DNA of 30,329 nt, taken from the IMG/VR virus record IMGVR_UViG_2778261591_000021. One strand, 5' to 3'. The notes beneath the pieces are model-generated. The model saw only the letters and a program-made list of their open reading frames with translations, had not been told where the DNA came from and did no database searches. This stretch comes from a virus. Taxonomy: Duplodnaviria > Heunggongvirae > Uroviricota > Caudoviricetes. This document shows positions 10,276 through 18,280 of this stretch, in pieces. The number at the start of each line of letters is the position of its first letter. Positions within the stretch are counted from its first letter, which is position 1. Made by a program: the position numbers and the translations under genes.

Positions 10276-10295
10276 GTGGGCCTGTTGCGGCCCAC
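10276..10295 (-). other. 7-bp GC stem-loop between major capsid stop and next RBS
   Basis: GTGGGCC-tgttgc-GGCCCAC with no T-run after it; likely an mRNA stabiliser or attenuator rather than a full terminator. Confidence 0.35.
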
Positions 10296-10311
10296 AGGTT
10301 AATAACAGGCG

Positions 10312-11304
10312 TTACACCACGCGGGCTTCTGTTTCCAGAAGTGCGTCAATTTCGCGAATCGGCACACCACGAAGTGCTGTCCACCATTCGCCTTCTGTCT
10401 CTTTCACGCTGATCGCCAGAGAACTCTTCTCCAGAGATTGCAGGTCAAGCACTTCGTTAATGGTTCTGTTCATGTAGAAAACAGGACGTCCCATCCCACG
10501 ATTTGGGATTCGATGAAGGGCACGAATCATCAGTTTTGCGATATTCGCGGCAGTAGAAGGAGCGTCAAGATTACTGACATCAATGTTTGCGATACGAACT
10601 ACATAGCGCCAGTCACGTAATGTCAGCCCGTTGTCCCACTTATAATGGGTACGATAACCTTCGTACTTGCCGCCATTAGCATCTTCCAGTGTCACCTGGC
10701 CTTTATCTTCCATCTGAATGCCAGCCTTCTGTCCTTTCGGGAAGATGCCATGCACGGTGTTTTCGCCCCACACCACTAACCAGATTGAAGTGTTATCTGT
10801 ACCCGTGCCACCAGCATCAATGATGTTCTGAGCATTACCCGCAGACAGGCTGGAATATCGGGAGGACAGTCCCATAAACTGCTGAGGGTTAACGCTGGAA
10901 TCACCGTAAAACAGTGTCTGCGCCATCGCCTGATTCATCGCTTCAATAAATGCTCGGTCTTCAGACAGACGGAATTCGGCAGTATTACCGTTCAGATCAG
11001 CCAGAGACTTATCGACTTCAGCATAGGTTTCCAGCATGCCAATGGAATCGGTGACCTGCACTGTGGTTGATTTGCTTGGCTGTACGCCATAGTTCAGCAA
11101 ACGCCAGGTAGCGGAAGGTAAACCAGAACGAATGGTGGTTCGGTGTCCGGTAGGAAGGTTTCCTTCAACAAAAGGCATATCCTGAAGAATTGGGTTAGTT
11201 TGACTGAGAAGCTCGATAATCTTATCGACTTTCCCGTTTGGATCGACGCGCTTACCCCAGTCAGCCAGCGTTAGCGCAGTTAAGCCTTTAACAGCCATTG
11301 TCAT
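10312..11304 (-). CDS. major capsid protein, 330 aa
   Basis: Position directly after the scaffold gene, size, and composition typical of HK97-fold capsid proteins; strong operon context. Confidence 0.7.
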   Translation of the reverse strand: MTMAVKGLTALTLADWGKRVDPNGKVDKIIELLSQTNPILQDMPFVEGNLPTGHRTTIRSGLPSATWRLLNYGVQPSKSTTVQVTDSIGMLETYAEVDKSLADLNGNTAEFRLSEDRAFIEAMNQAMAQTLFYGDSSVNPQQFMGLSSRYSSLSAGNAQNIIDAGGTGTDNTSIWLVVWGENTVHGIFPKGQKAGIQMEDKGQVTLEDANGGKYEGYRTHYKWDNGLTLRDWRYVVRIANIDVSNLDAPSTAANIAKLMIRALHRIPNRGMGRPVFYMNRTINEVLDLQSLEKSSLAISVKETEGEWWTALRGVPIREIDALLETEARVV

Positions 11305-11312
11305 TTCCTCTC

Positions 11313-12014
11313 TTATTTGCCATAGAGCACTTCGGCCGCACTACGCTGGCCTTCATTACCACCGGTGACCATGCCATCTTCAGACATCGCCTTTCCGATT
11401 TTCACGAACGTTTTGACCAGATCAGGGTGATTACCCAGCCCGGTGGTGTTCAGATATTCTTTGAGTTCAGGTGTCCCGAACTGGTCAAGCGCACGCTGTG
11501 CGGCGCTAAGGTTAGAAATCAACTTGTCGCCACCGATTTCTTTGTCGGCTTTTACATCCGCAGCCCACTGCTCGGTTGTTTTCTGCCAGGCTTCTGCCTG
11601 GCGCTGCTGAACACCTGCCAGAATCTTCGGATAAGCATCAACCAGCTTTTGCGCTTGCTCGTTGGTCAGGTTTAGTTCTCGCGCCACCGGCTCGAATTCC
11701 TTCAACGCTTCTGTATCCAGCTCTACGCCTTCGGCAGCCTGAAACTCGTACTTTTCAGGCGCACCCTCTGGTTTATCGCCGTCCTTTTTTTCATCCTGCT
11801 TATCGTTTTCAGGCTTTTTGTCATCAGCAGGTTTATCGCCATCAGCAACAGGTTGTGGCTTATCACCTTCCTGTTGTGATGGATCACCAACTGGAGCAGG
11901 GTTATCACCTGCAGGCGCTGACGGTTCTGACGCAGCCGGAGCTGCTCCACCATCGACTGGTTGCTCATTGCAAAGACGGCGATACAGCAAACGCTCAAAT
12001 AAATTCATGATCAC
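11313..12014 (-). CDS. scaffolding protein
   Basis: Highly acidic, Pro/Asp/Lys-rich low-complexity centre with a helical C-terminus, located between portal and capsid genes. The true start may be the ATG two codons downstream. Confidence 0.55.
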   Translation of the reverse strand: MIMNLFERLLYRRLCNEQPVDGGAAPAASEPSAPAGDNPAPVGDPSQQEGDKPQPVADGDKPADDKKPENDKQDEKKDGDKPEGAPEKYEFQAAEGVELDTEALKEFEPVARELNLTNEQAQKLVDAYPKILAGVQQRQAEAWQKTTEQWAADVKADKEIGGDKLISNLSAAQRALDQFGTPELKEYLNTTGLGNHPDLVKTFVKIGKAMSEDGMVTGGNEGQRSAAEVLYGK

Positions 12015-12307
12015 TCCTGTTCACTGGCCTCTTTGGCCATCTTCAAATACTGTTCAGGGCAATGCGCCATAACGCGCTGAAACAGTTCCAGCGCCAGATT
12101 GCGTTGCCCCTCATTAAATGCCATTGCCATAGCGTCCATCGGTGAGATAGCGGAAAACACACGGCCTTTCTCCAGCACCGACCAGACAACGCGACGCCCC
12201 TGTTCACTGCTCATGACAAAGCGAATGTCATCAATTTCACGCTGCGCCATGTCACGTTGCTTACGGGCGTTTTCTTCTTTCAGTTGATCGTCTTCGTAAT
12301 CTGTCAT
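12011..12307 (-). CDS. hypothetical protein, 98 aa
   Basis: Coupled ORF between portal and scaffold genes. Confidence 0.4.
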   Translation of the reverse strand: MTDYEDDQLKEENARKQRDMAQREIDDIRFVMSSEQGRRVVWSVLEKGRVFSAISPMDAMAMAFNEGQRNLALELFQRVMAHCPEQYLKMAKEASEQE

Positions 12308-13983
12308 TGTGATTGCCCACCCTGACCACTAACTGCATTCGCCATAGCTGACAAAACACTCGGATCCGAAGTTTTAGCTTCGCTTAGTGTCTTGGCACCC
12401 TGTGCCGCCGCCATCCCCATCGCCATCATTTGTTGCTGCTGTTGCTGCTGTGCCCGTTGCTGGCGAGCCTGCTCAACCTGTTCCTGCGGAACAATGACGG
12501 TTGGAGACACTCCGGACATATCAGCGAATGCATCGATCGCCTGATCAACGTTGAGTTTGTCGAGAGCTTCTGGTTTCGCTTGCGCAAGTTGACCAATGAA
12601 GTTAACCGTGGACGCCAGACTGGACAGGCCGATAGACTTCTGCGCCTGAGCCATGACGGAAATGTATTCGACCTTCAGGGGCATACCTTCCATCGCGTCA
12701 GGCGGTGGCGGCAGCATGTTTTTACGCACCATCATCGAGAAAGCGCGGTCAATGAGAGGGTTAAGACATTCGTCGTTCAGACGCTCCAGAACCGGCCCCA
12801 ACATCAGAAGCTTTTCTTCTTTCATTTCGATCACTGCTTCAACAGGCATCGAGCGGGTATTGATGTTCTGCAACATCATGAACAGATCGACAAAGTAGGC
12901 GCTGTTAATGATTTGGCGGGTGTCCTGAATGTCTGCTACCAGATCTGCTGTACTGGGGTTAACCAGATAAGCAGGCCTGAAACCATCCTGACCAGTAATC
13001 TGATCGATATACGTGATGTCGCCAGGAAGAAGAGAGGCGCGCTGATTCTTGAGGGAAGTCGGAGCAACCATCGGCGGATTGGTGGCTTTATCAATCAACT
13101 GCGACTTGCGCTTCTGGAGAAGCTGCAATGCCTTAACAGGTCCAAGCGCCAGCATACCCGGGCATGATGATCCATAAACATCTTCGCCGTTAACTTCCCA
13201 GCGCGGAGCCATAATTGGAAACTCATCGAATCCGGACTCACGCAACAACTTGTCGTTATCGCCACCAACCTCGTAATAAACCGATTTGAATGGCTTGTTC
13301 TTGCTATCCAGCTTCGATGTATCGCGGTCAATGTTCGGGTAAACCGAATGCATCACTTCAATCCACTTCTCGTAGGTGCCGCTTTCCCACATGCTTTTTA
13401 CGGATTCGCTGACGTTATTTAGTCCGAACTCCTGAACAAGCTGACGAACAGTCATAGAGAACTTGCGAAAACAGGTGTCCACACTGCCACGAGGTGAGTT
13501 AGCCAGGTAGTAACTTCCTATCGGGAATGGCATTGTACGAATGATGTCCTCGTCATCCTCCAGCACCGCCATTGCGCCAGTGCTGTATGTGCCGAGGCTT
13601 CCGTATAACTGCGGCAGCGACTGATAGAGATTCGACTTATTGAACATATCGTTCATGCGGTTCTGAACTGCCTCAAGCCACAACTTAACAGGGCCATAAT
13701 CCATCATTTCAGGATCTGGCGTAGCCAGGCGAAACCACGGACGCGCGGGGCTTGTGATGCCTGACATCATGCCGCTGGCGAGAGTGCGCGCCGCCATAGT
13801 CCCGGTCGAATCAATAATGCGTGTATTGCGCCGATCGTTACGGTTGGCCTCAGAAGTCAGAAAGCGGGAACCACGCGGGTTGATGTAATCACTCAACTCG
13901 CGCCAGTGCGGCTCGAACGACTGACGCTCGCTTTCAAGTTGTGCGAACTGTTTGTTCAATCGCTCTTTAGTTGTTTCCGCCAT
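12304..13983 (-). CDS. portal (head-tail connector) protein, 559 aa
   Basis: Size and position between terminase and scaffold; podovirus-type portal. Confidence 0.7.
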   Translation of the reverse strand: MAETTKERLNKQFAQLESERQSFEPHWRELSDYINPRGSRFLTSEANRNDRRNTRIIDSTGTMAARTLASGMMSGITSPARPWFRLATPDPEMMDYGPVKLWLEAVQNRMNDMFNKSNLYQSLPQLYGSLGTYSTGAMAVLEDDEDIIRTMPFPIGSYYLANSPRGSVDTCFRKFSMTVRQLVQEFGLNNVSESVKSMWESGTYEKWIEVMHSVYPNIDRDTSKLDSKNKPFKSVYYEVGGDNDKLLRESGFDEFPIMAPRWEVNGEDVYGSSCPGMLALGPVKALQLLQKRKSQLIDKATNPPMVAPTSLKNQRASLLPGDITYIDQITGQDGFRPAYLVNPSTADLVADIQDTRQIINSAYFVDLFMMLQNINTRSMPVEAVIEMKEEKLLMLGPVLERLNDECLNPLIDRAFSMMVRKNMLPPPPDAMEGMPLKVEYISVMAQAQKSIGLSSLASTVNFIGQLAQAKPEALDKLNVDQAIDAFADMSGVSPTVIVPQEQVEQARQQRAQQQQQQQMMAMGMAAAQGAKTLSEAKTSDPSVLSAMANAVSGQGGQSQ

Positions 13984-13997
13984 TTCAATGACTCCGG

Positions 13998-14204
13998 TTA
14001 CTGACCAAGCAGCGTTTTACCGCTGGTATTAGCGGTTGATGTGTCGCCCTGAGAACCGGTAAGCAGCGTAGAACTACGACCAGCAGCAGCGCGACGGCGA
14101 CGAGTTTCTTCGTCGCGGGCATCAACAACGGCGGCATCCTGCTCCTGTGGTGCTGCCTGAACTTCTGGTGTTGCAGGCACTGATGGTGAGCTACCCATGC
14201 ACAT
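13998..14204 (-). CDS. small hypothetical protein, 68 aa
   Basis: ATG with GGAG 10 nt upstream; first gene of the structural operon after the accessory island. Low-complexity sequence. Confidence 0.3.
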   Translation of the reverse strand: MCMGSSPSVPATPEVQAAPQEQDAAVVDARDEETRRRRAAAGRSSTLLTGSQGDTSTANTSGKTLLGQ

Positions 14205-14272
14205 ATCAATGACTCCGTACGCAATTAAATTATTACCAATTTAACCACATATGATTTATTTATCGTAGATAG

Positions 14273-14309
14273 TTGACATTTAACGCACAAATTATTACCT
14301 TTCAGGTAA
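14273..14309 (+). promoter_or_regulatory. promoter-like TTGACA followed by a TTACC-N5-GGTAA operator-like palindrome
   Basis: TTGACA at 14273-14278; TTACCTTTCAGGTAA at 14295-14309. Same layout as the early promoter at 25090-25132. Points toward the structured region and tRNA. Confidence 0.45.
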
Positions 14310-14329
14310 CCAAAGAGTTCATTCCGGTT

Positions 14330-14631
14330 ACTAACCTGACTGGCTTGTCGTTAAATTGAACAGGTGGAGTGAGCTTTTATTTTGAGCAGTACGGCGTATG
14401 GCACATGCGCCGATAGCGGTCTGGATACGTTTAAGGGGCACCCTCCCTTGCTCGGGCAAACGAACCAGGTAGCCGGAATGTGCAAGTCGAGCGGTTTTAT
14501 TCCGCGCACGGGGATTCACCATCCCGGCGATTCGGTGTGACGCCTCGGAAGAGACGAGGGTACAACGATGAGAGCATTTATGGAGCCGCGACAAAGTGTG
14601 GCGCCTTAACAGGCTAAGTGCTCTCAGCGTT
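14330..14631 (+). other. GC-rich, hairpin-dense non-coding region upstream of the tRNA (candidate structured RNA or tRNA leader)
   Basis: No convincing ORF on either strand. Multiple perfect local hairpins, for example CCTCG-gaagaga-CGAGG and CGGAAT...ATTCCG. Lies between a promoter and the tRNA. Confidence 0.25.
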
Positions 14632-14708
14632 GTGGCATTAGCTCAGTTGGACAGAGCAACCGCCTTCTAAGCGGTTGGTCGCAGGTTCGAATCCTGCATG
14701 CCACGCCA
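14632..14708 (+). tRNA. tRNA-Arg (anticodon TCT, reads AGA)
   Basis: Full cloverleaf: 7-bp acceptor stem GTGGCAT/ATGCCAC, D-arm GCTC/GAGC, anticodon stem ACCGC/GCGGT with loop CTTCTAA, T-arm GCAGG-TTCGAAT-CCTGC, discriminator G and encoded CCA. Resembles but is not identical to an enterobacterial argU-type tRNA as recalled from memory. Confidence 0.85.
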
Positions 14709-14751
14709 GAATCACGCCTAAGGACCGTGATGCCAGAAGTTCCAGGGGCTT

Positions 14752-14795
14752 GGCGGTGATGGTTTCCCTTGAAGGACTATCACCGCCCTTTTTAC
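14752..14795 (+). terminator. rho-independent terminator downstream of the tRNA
   Basis: GGCGGTGAT...ATCACCGCC stem followed by CTTTTTA. Confidence 0.55.
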
Positions 14796-14870
14796 AGCAG
14801 GACGCCATTGCGATGACTTCATGCTGTAAACCAGTACAGCCACGGAAGGCATAACTCATTGCTTCCAGTT

Positions 14871-14896
14871 CGCCCGGTTCGCCGGGCATTTTTTTG
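14871..14896 (+). terminator. rho-independent terminator
   Basis: GCCCGG-ttcg-CCGGGC stem followed by ATTTTTTT. Confidence 0.65.
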
Positions 14897-14900
14897 ATTG

Positions 14901-14929
14901 ATGACCGCAAATTACCTTAAAGGTATAAT
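14901..14929 (+). promoter_or_regulatory. promoter-like element with a perfect -10 TATAAT (14924-14929) overlapped by an operator-like palindrome
   Basis: Palindrome TTACCTTAAAGGTAT at 14912-14926; a possible -35 ATGACC lies 17 bp upstream of the -10. Sits immediately before the moron ORF. Confidence 0.4.
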
Positions 14930-14930
14930 C

Positions 14931-15749
14931 ATGAAAAACTTCAAGGTAATTAGCATGTTTGAATCGTTCAAAGAGCTGTTTTTATCTACTGCCAATACTG
15001 CCGTGAATCGAGCCAAAAACCCTGTGCTTGGTGCTTTTGTTATGTCCTGGTGCGCCTTCAACTGGAAATCAATTCTTTATCTATTTTTTAGCAAATCAAA
15101 CATAATAGATAAAATTTCATATATCTCAGATAACAGCACATGGAAAACTGTTATGTTTTATCCATGCTTATCTGTAATTGCTATCTGCTGCCTATTACCA
15201 TGGGTAAACAATATCATTAACGTATGGCAAGCAAAGCCTCTTGATAATAATGACTCAATCGAAAATCACCTGAAGGCAAGAAAAATCCAGCGTGAAACAA
15301 GACTGCAGAGGTTATTGGCTAAAAAAGATGTTACATACGACAAAGTTAAGACTGGCGCGGAAAAAGACATCCAAGAGATGAAAGAAGAGATTATTCGATC
15401 AAAGAATAGTATGGGGGAATTGACTGCCGAGTTGAAAGCTAAAGATGACGAATTGAGATCCGCCAGTGCACAGTTAGCAGCTCTAAATCATTCATTAAAA
15501 GAGATATCGGAAACTCTTGGAAGAATGAATGAGGCATATAAGACCCTCCAAAATGATTTCGACGAATACAAACTCAAATACCCTGAAAAATCTCAAATAA
15601 AAAGCCTTGCACTTGGCAACGGCCAAACAATTAGCAACGTTTTGGAGCAACACAACTTATCCGGATTAAAATCTGGTAAGCCAAACGTTTTTAATAACTT
15701 TGGTGTTCTATCTGGATTATCAGGTTTCGAGGATAAAAATAAAGACTAA
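14931..15749 (+). CDS. AT-rich accessory (moron) protein, 272 aa: two predicted TM helices plus a long coiled-coil domain; function unknown
   Basis: Opposite strand to all flanking structural genes and visibly AT-rich relative to them. ATG at 14931 has AAAGG upstream; the track ORF starts at TTG 14898. Hydrophobic segments are VLGAFVMSWCAFNWKSILYLFF and VMFYPCLSVIAICCLLPWV; heptad-like charged region from about residue 100 to 220. Confidence 0.6.
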   Translation: MKNFKVISMFESFKELFLSTANTAVNRAKNPVLGAFVMSWCAFNWKSILYLFFSKSNIIDKISYISDNSTWKTVMFYPCLSVIAICCLLPWVNNIINVWQAKPLDNNDSIENHLKARKIQRETRLQRLLAKKDVTYDKVKTGAEKDIQEMKEEIIRSKNSMGELTAELKAKDDELRSASAQLAALNHSLKEISETLGRMNEAYKTLQNDFDEYKLKYPEKSQIKSLALGNGQTISNVLEQHNLSGLKSGKPNVFNNFGVLSGLSGFEDKNKD

Positions 15750-17221
15750 GCATATGGATCGTACTCGGTAAGCGCCTTGCCTTGCTGGTTCTGCTGCCCG
15801 GGAAGTCGCAGGCGCTTTGACACCGGGAAAGCAAACGTCAGCAGTAGCGCATCGCCTTTACCAGGCGAACGCCCAAGTCGTTCTTTGATATCTTCCTTCG
15901 GTTCGATAACGATTTTACCGTCCACGCGAACTTTGTACTCTGCCGCCGACAGATCGTCCGCTGTTTCCTGGTCATCCAGCATCCCGCCCAACCTCAGCCA
16001 TGTCTTGCATGAGTTGAACATCTCCCCGCGCTTGTTAAGCATCTGCGGGTCAGTGGACGCACCGCCGAACGGAACAAGTTGCCATGTACGCCCCCAGCCA
16101 TCACCGATTGACTTCAAACCGGTTCCGTAACCGAAGTCGATGAACACCGCGTCAGCCTGATACTGGTCTTCAAAGTCAGCGATACGCTTCGCCATAATCA
16201 GATCGTCGGTAGTCTTGTTGCCAGTCCATAGCACCTTACTATGCAACCCCTGCCGCAGGTATATCACCGCGTCATCAACGCCTGAATATGCCGGGTCAAC
16301 ACCGATTATCACCGGAGCATGTGCCACCTGCGCAGCGGTTACCACCCGTTTCATTGCCTCATCAGTAAGACCGGTAGGGATAAACTGCAATTCAGATGCA
16401 TCAGGGAATATGCCGCGCACACGGATTTTAACGAAGTCGCTGTCTTCCCCGTAGTCATCAACCCATTTCTGCAACTGCTGTTTGTTAGTACCTTCCACCG
16501 TCCGGCTGTCAATCTGCGCAGTTTTCCAGCGGTGTTTGTATTTGCGGAAACATTCGCGAAAACGCCCGGTATTACGTGTAGGGTTTCCGAACGCCACCCA
16601 GATAATCTCAGTGTCTTCGTCCGTAAGCGCACCCTCAGCAACTTCCCACACCAGATCCGCAATGTTCGACGCTTCATCGAATACCACGATGATGCGTTTG
16701 CGCTCGTTGTGTAGTCCGGCGAATGCCTCAGTGTTGTGCTCAGACCAGGGGATTGCGTCAGCTCGCCACCGCTTGTCGTGCCCAGGATCATTGCTGTACA
16801 TCGCAGTAGCGGTACAGGTAAACCAGTCTTTCGTGATAGCAAGGTTCGACCACTTGATAATTTCCGGCCAGGTCTTCGTTCGTAGCTGGTTGTCGGTGTT
16901 GGCGGTCACCACGACCTTACAATCCTCGCAAGTGGACATGCCCCAGTTGATCAGCATTGAGATGAATGCGGATTTACCAATACCATGACCAGAAGCGCGT
17001 GCCAGCATAAGCGGCTGATAGCGCGTCTCTGGATTCTGCAGGTGATCACGTATCTCTCGGAACGCATCAGCCTGCCACTGACGTGGGCCGGTAGCATGTG
17101 CCAGTTCAGTCCCCTCTTCCCCCCACGGGAACGCATATAGGGCATAGCCAAGCGGATCGTGAGTGAACCCTGCAATATCCTCGATCAACTGCTCTTCAGG
17201 AGATAACGCTGTATCTGTCAC
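15746..17221 (-). CDS. terminase large subunit, 491 aa
   Basis: Walker A-like GHGIGKS, ATPase and nuclease acidic blocks (VVFDEAS, GVDPAYSG), and position after the small subunit with overlapping stop/start. Confidence 0.9.
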   Translation of the reverse strand: MTDTALSPEEQLIEDIAGFTHDPLGYALYAFPWGEEGTELAHATGPRQWQADAFREIRDHLQNPETRYQPLMLARASGHGIGKSAFISMLINWGMSTCEDCKVVVTANTDNQLRTKTWPEIIKWSNLAITKDWFTCTATAMYSNDPGHDKRWRADAIPWSEHNTEAFAGLHNERKRIIVVFDEASNIADLVWEVAEGALTDEDTEIIWVAFGNPTRNTGRFRECFRKYKHRWKTAQIDSRTVEGTNKQQLQKWVDDYGEDSDFVKIRVRGIFPDASELQFIPTGLTDEAMKRVVTAAQVAHAPVIIGVDPAYSGVDDAVIYLRQGLHSKVLWTGNKTTDDLIMAKRIADFEDQYQADAVFIDFGYGTGLKSIGDGWGRTWQLVPFGGASTDPQMLNKRGEMFNSCKTWLRLGGMLDDQETADDLSAAEYKVRVDGKIVIEPKEDIKERLGRSPGKGDALLLTFAFPVSKRLRLPGQQNQQGKALTEYDPYA

Positions 17222-17814
17222 TGATTACCATCCTGACGTTCTTTGAGTCGCTTCCTGGCTGCTGCTATGCGATCAGCAATTGTCACATTCACATTAACAT
17301 CCAGACGTTCTTTGAACGCGTTGACATCAACATGCTTACCAATCAGCTCAAGGTTCTTCACCTTGTCAGGCCATTTAATTTTTTTGAGGATTGTCTCTAT
17401 CGAATCCTCGTTCATGTTCATGATGGTCGATGACAGATCAAAGCCACTAAGCGTAGTGCGCCAGATTTTCGGCCACTCACGGATTGGTTTAAGGCTCCCA
17501 TCGTCGTTGAGGATGTCGATCACGTCCATCTGGTCGATCTCCACCAGGCGCATGAGAACGTAATCAGCACTGACGCGCATTCGTTTGTTGCGCTCCTCCA
17601 TCAACTCGGCAATCCGTTTTTGAATGCGTTCATCGCGCATCATGACACTGGCTTTAACTGCCGCTGTATTTGGGGAGAATCCTGCGTTAATCGCTGCCTG
17701 AGTCTGGTTTTCAGGCGTTTTGATGTATGACTGGCAATAAGCCTCCTGCATTGCTGTTAGTGGCTTAAATTGCGTTGATTTGCGTTTATAGGTTTTAGGT
17801 TCAGCAGGCATCAT
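17218..17814 (-). CDS. terminase small subunit
   Basis: Terminase small-subunit-like sequence with a basic helical C-terminus. Start re-assigned to the ATG at 17814, because the track's TTG-initiated extension to 17892 contains a terminator hairpin. Confidence 0.75.
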   Translation of the reverse strand: MMPAEPKTYKRKSTQFKPLTAMQEAYCQSYIKTPENQTQAAINAGFSPNTAAVKASVMMRDERIQKRIAELMEERNKRMRVSADYVLMRLVEIDQMDVIDILNDDGSLKPIREWPKIWRTTLSGFDLSSTIMNMNEDSIETILKKIKWPDKVKNLELIGKHVDVNAFKERLDVNVNVTIADRIAAARKRLKERQDGNQ

Positions 17815-17821
17815 AACCACC

Positions 17822-17853
17822 GTGGTAATAGTTACCGTTGTGGTAATAGTACC
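17822..17853. repeat. two direct repeats GTGGTAATAGT(T)ACC just upstream of the terminase small-subunit start
   Basis: Copies at 17822-17836 and 17840-17853. Each contains everted GGTAA/TTACC half-sites related to the operator palindrome. Confidence 0.5.
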
Positions 17854-17856
17854 ATG

Positions 17857-17883
17857 CAAAATAAAGCCGCCATAGTTGGCGGC
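17857..17883 (-). terminator. rho-independent terminator immediately upstream of the packaging/late operon
   Basis: Minus strand: GCCGCC-aactat-GGCGGC stem followed by TTTATTTT. Confidence 0.55.
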
Positions 17884-17924
17884 AGTATTCAAAACCCATC
17901 AAATTTATCATGCATAATCTACTC

Positions 17925-17936
17925 GTGACATGTCAC
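17925..17936. repeat. perfect 12-bp palindrome GTGACATGTCAC overlapping the stop of the 115-aa gene
   Basis: Read directly from the sequence; candidate protein-binding site. Confidence 0.5.
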
Positions 17937-18280
17937 ACTATTAATTTCGTTTCATGCCAGCCTTTAGTCACCCAGCATTGCGAGTCACCATTACACGGGC
18001 ATGAATTAACTGGAACTCTCTCGCCGCACTTACCGCAACATTTTCTGCTGATCGATTTTATACGCCCGCGCACGCGTGCATCATCCTGGCGGATCAGTAA
18101 CGCTATATACTCACCAAATTCGTAAGGCGCACGCCCGGGGCGACGCGTGGCACAGTTCCGCGCTAGCATTTCCTGCTCCTGCTTATCCAGCACCAGTTCA
18201 ATTTTGCGCTCACCGGCGGCGGACTGCCGAGCGCGCTGCGCGGCTTTGCGTTCTGCGGGGGATTTAGCCACGAATCGCAC
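17933..18280 (-). CDS. basic protein with C-terminal Cys cluster (CCGKCGERVPVNSCPCNGDSQC), 115 aa; function unknown
   Basis: GTG start in the track with a weak RBS; the true start is uncertain (next ATG is codon 38). Arg/Lys-rich N-terminus and a zinc-ribbon-like C-terminus. Last gene before the terminase genes. Confidence 0.4.
   Translation of the reverse strand: MRFVAKSPAERKAAQRARQSAAGERKIELVLDKQEQEMLARNCATRRPGRAPYEFGEYIALLIRQDDARVRGRIKSISRKCCGKCGERVPVNSCPCNGDSQCWVTKGWHETKLIV

Noticed and set aside
12430-13167. 245-aa plus-strand ORF
   Set aside because: Antisense to and entirely inside the portal gene; Leu/Arg-rich with no RBS. Typical shadow ORF of a GC-rich coding region.
14331-14910. 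Minus-strand ORFs of 87 and 90 aa
   Set aside because: They overlap the structured non-coding region and the tRNA gene itself on the opposite strand; no RBS. The tRNA cloverleaf is a far stronger explanation of this sequence.
16351-16988. Several 130-170 aa ORFs on both strands within the terminase large-subunit gene
   Set aside because: All overlap the well-supported terminase frame; composition not protein-like.
17815-17892. TTG-initiated N-terminal extension of the terminase small-subunit ORF
   Set aside because: The extension contains a rho-independent terminator hairpin and direct repeats and would encode an implausible Thr/Val-rich leader; the ATG at 17814 is preferred.
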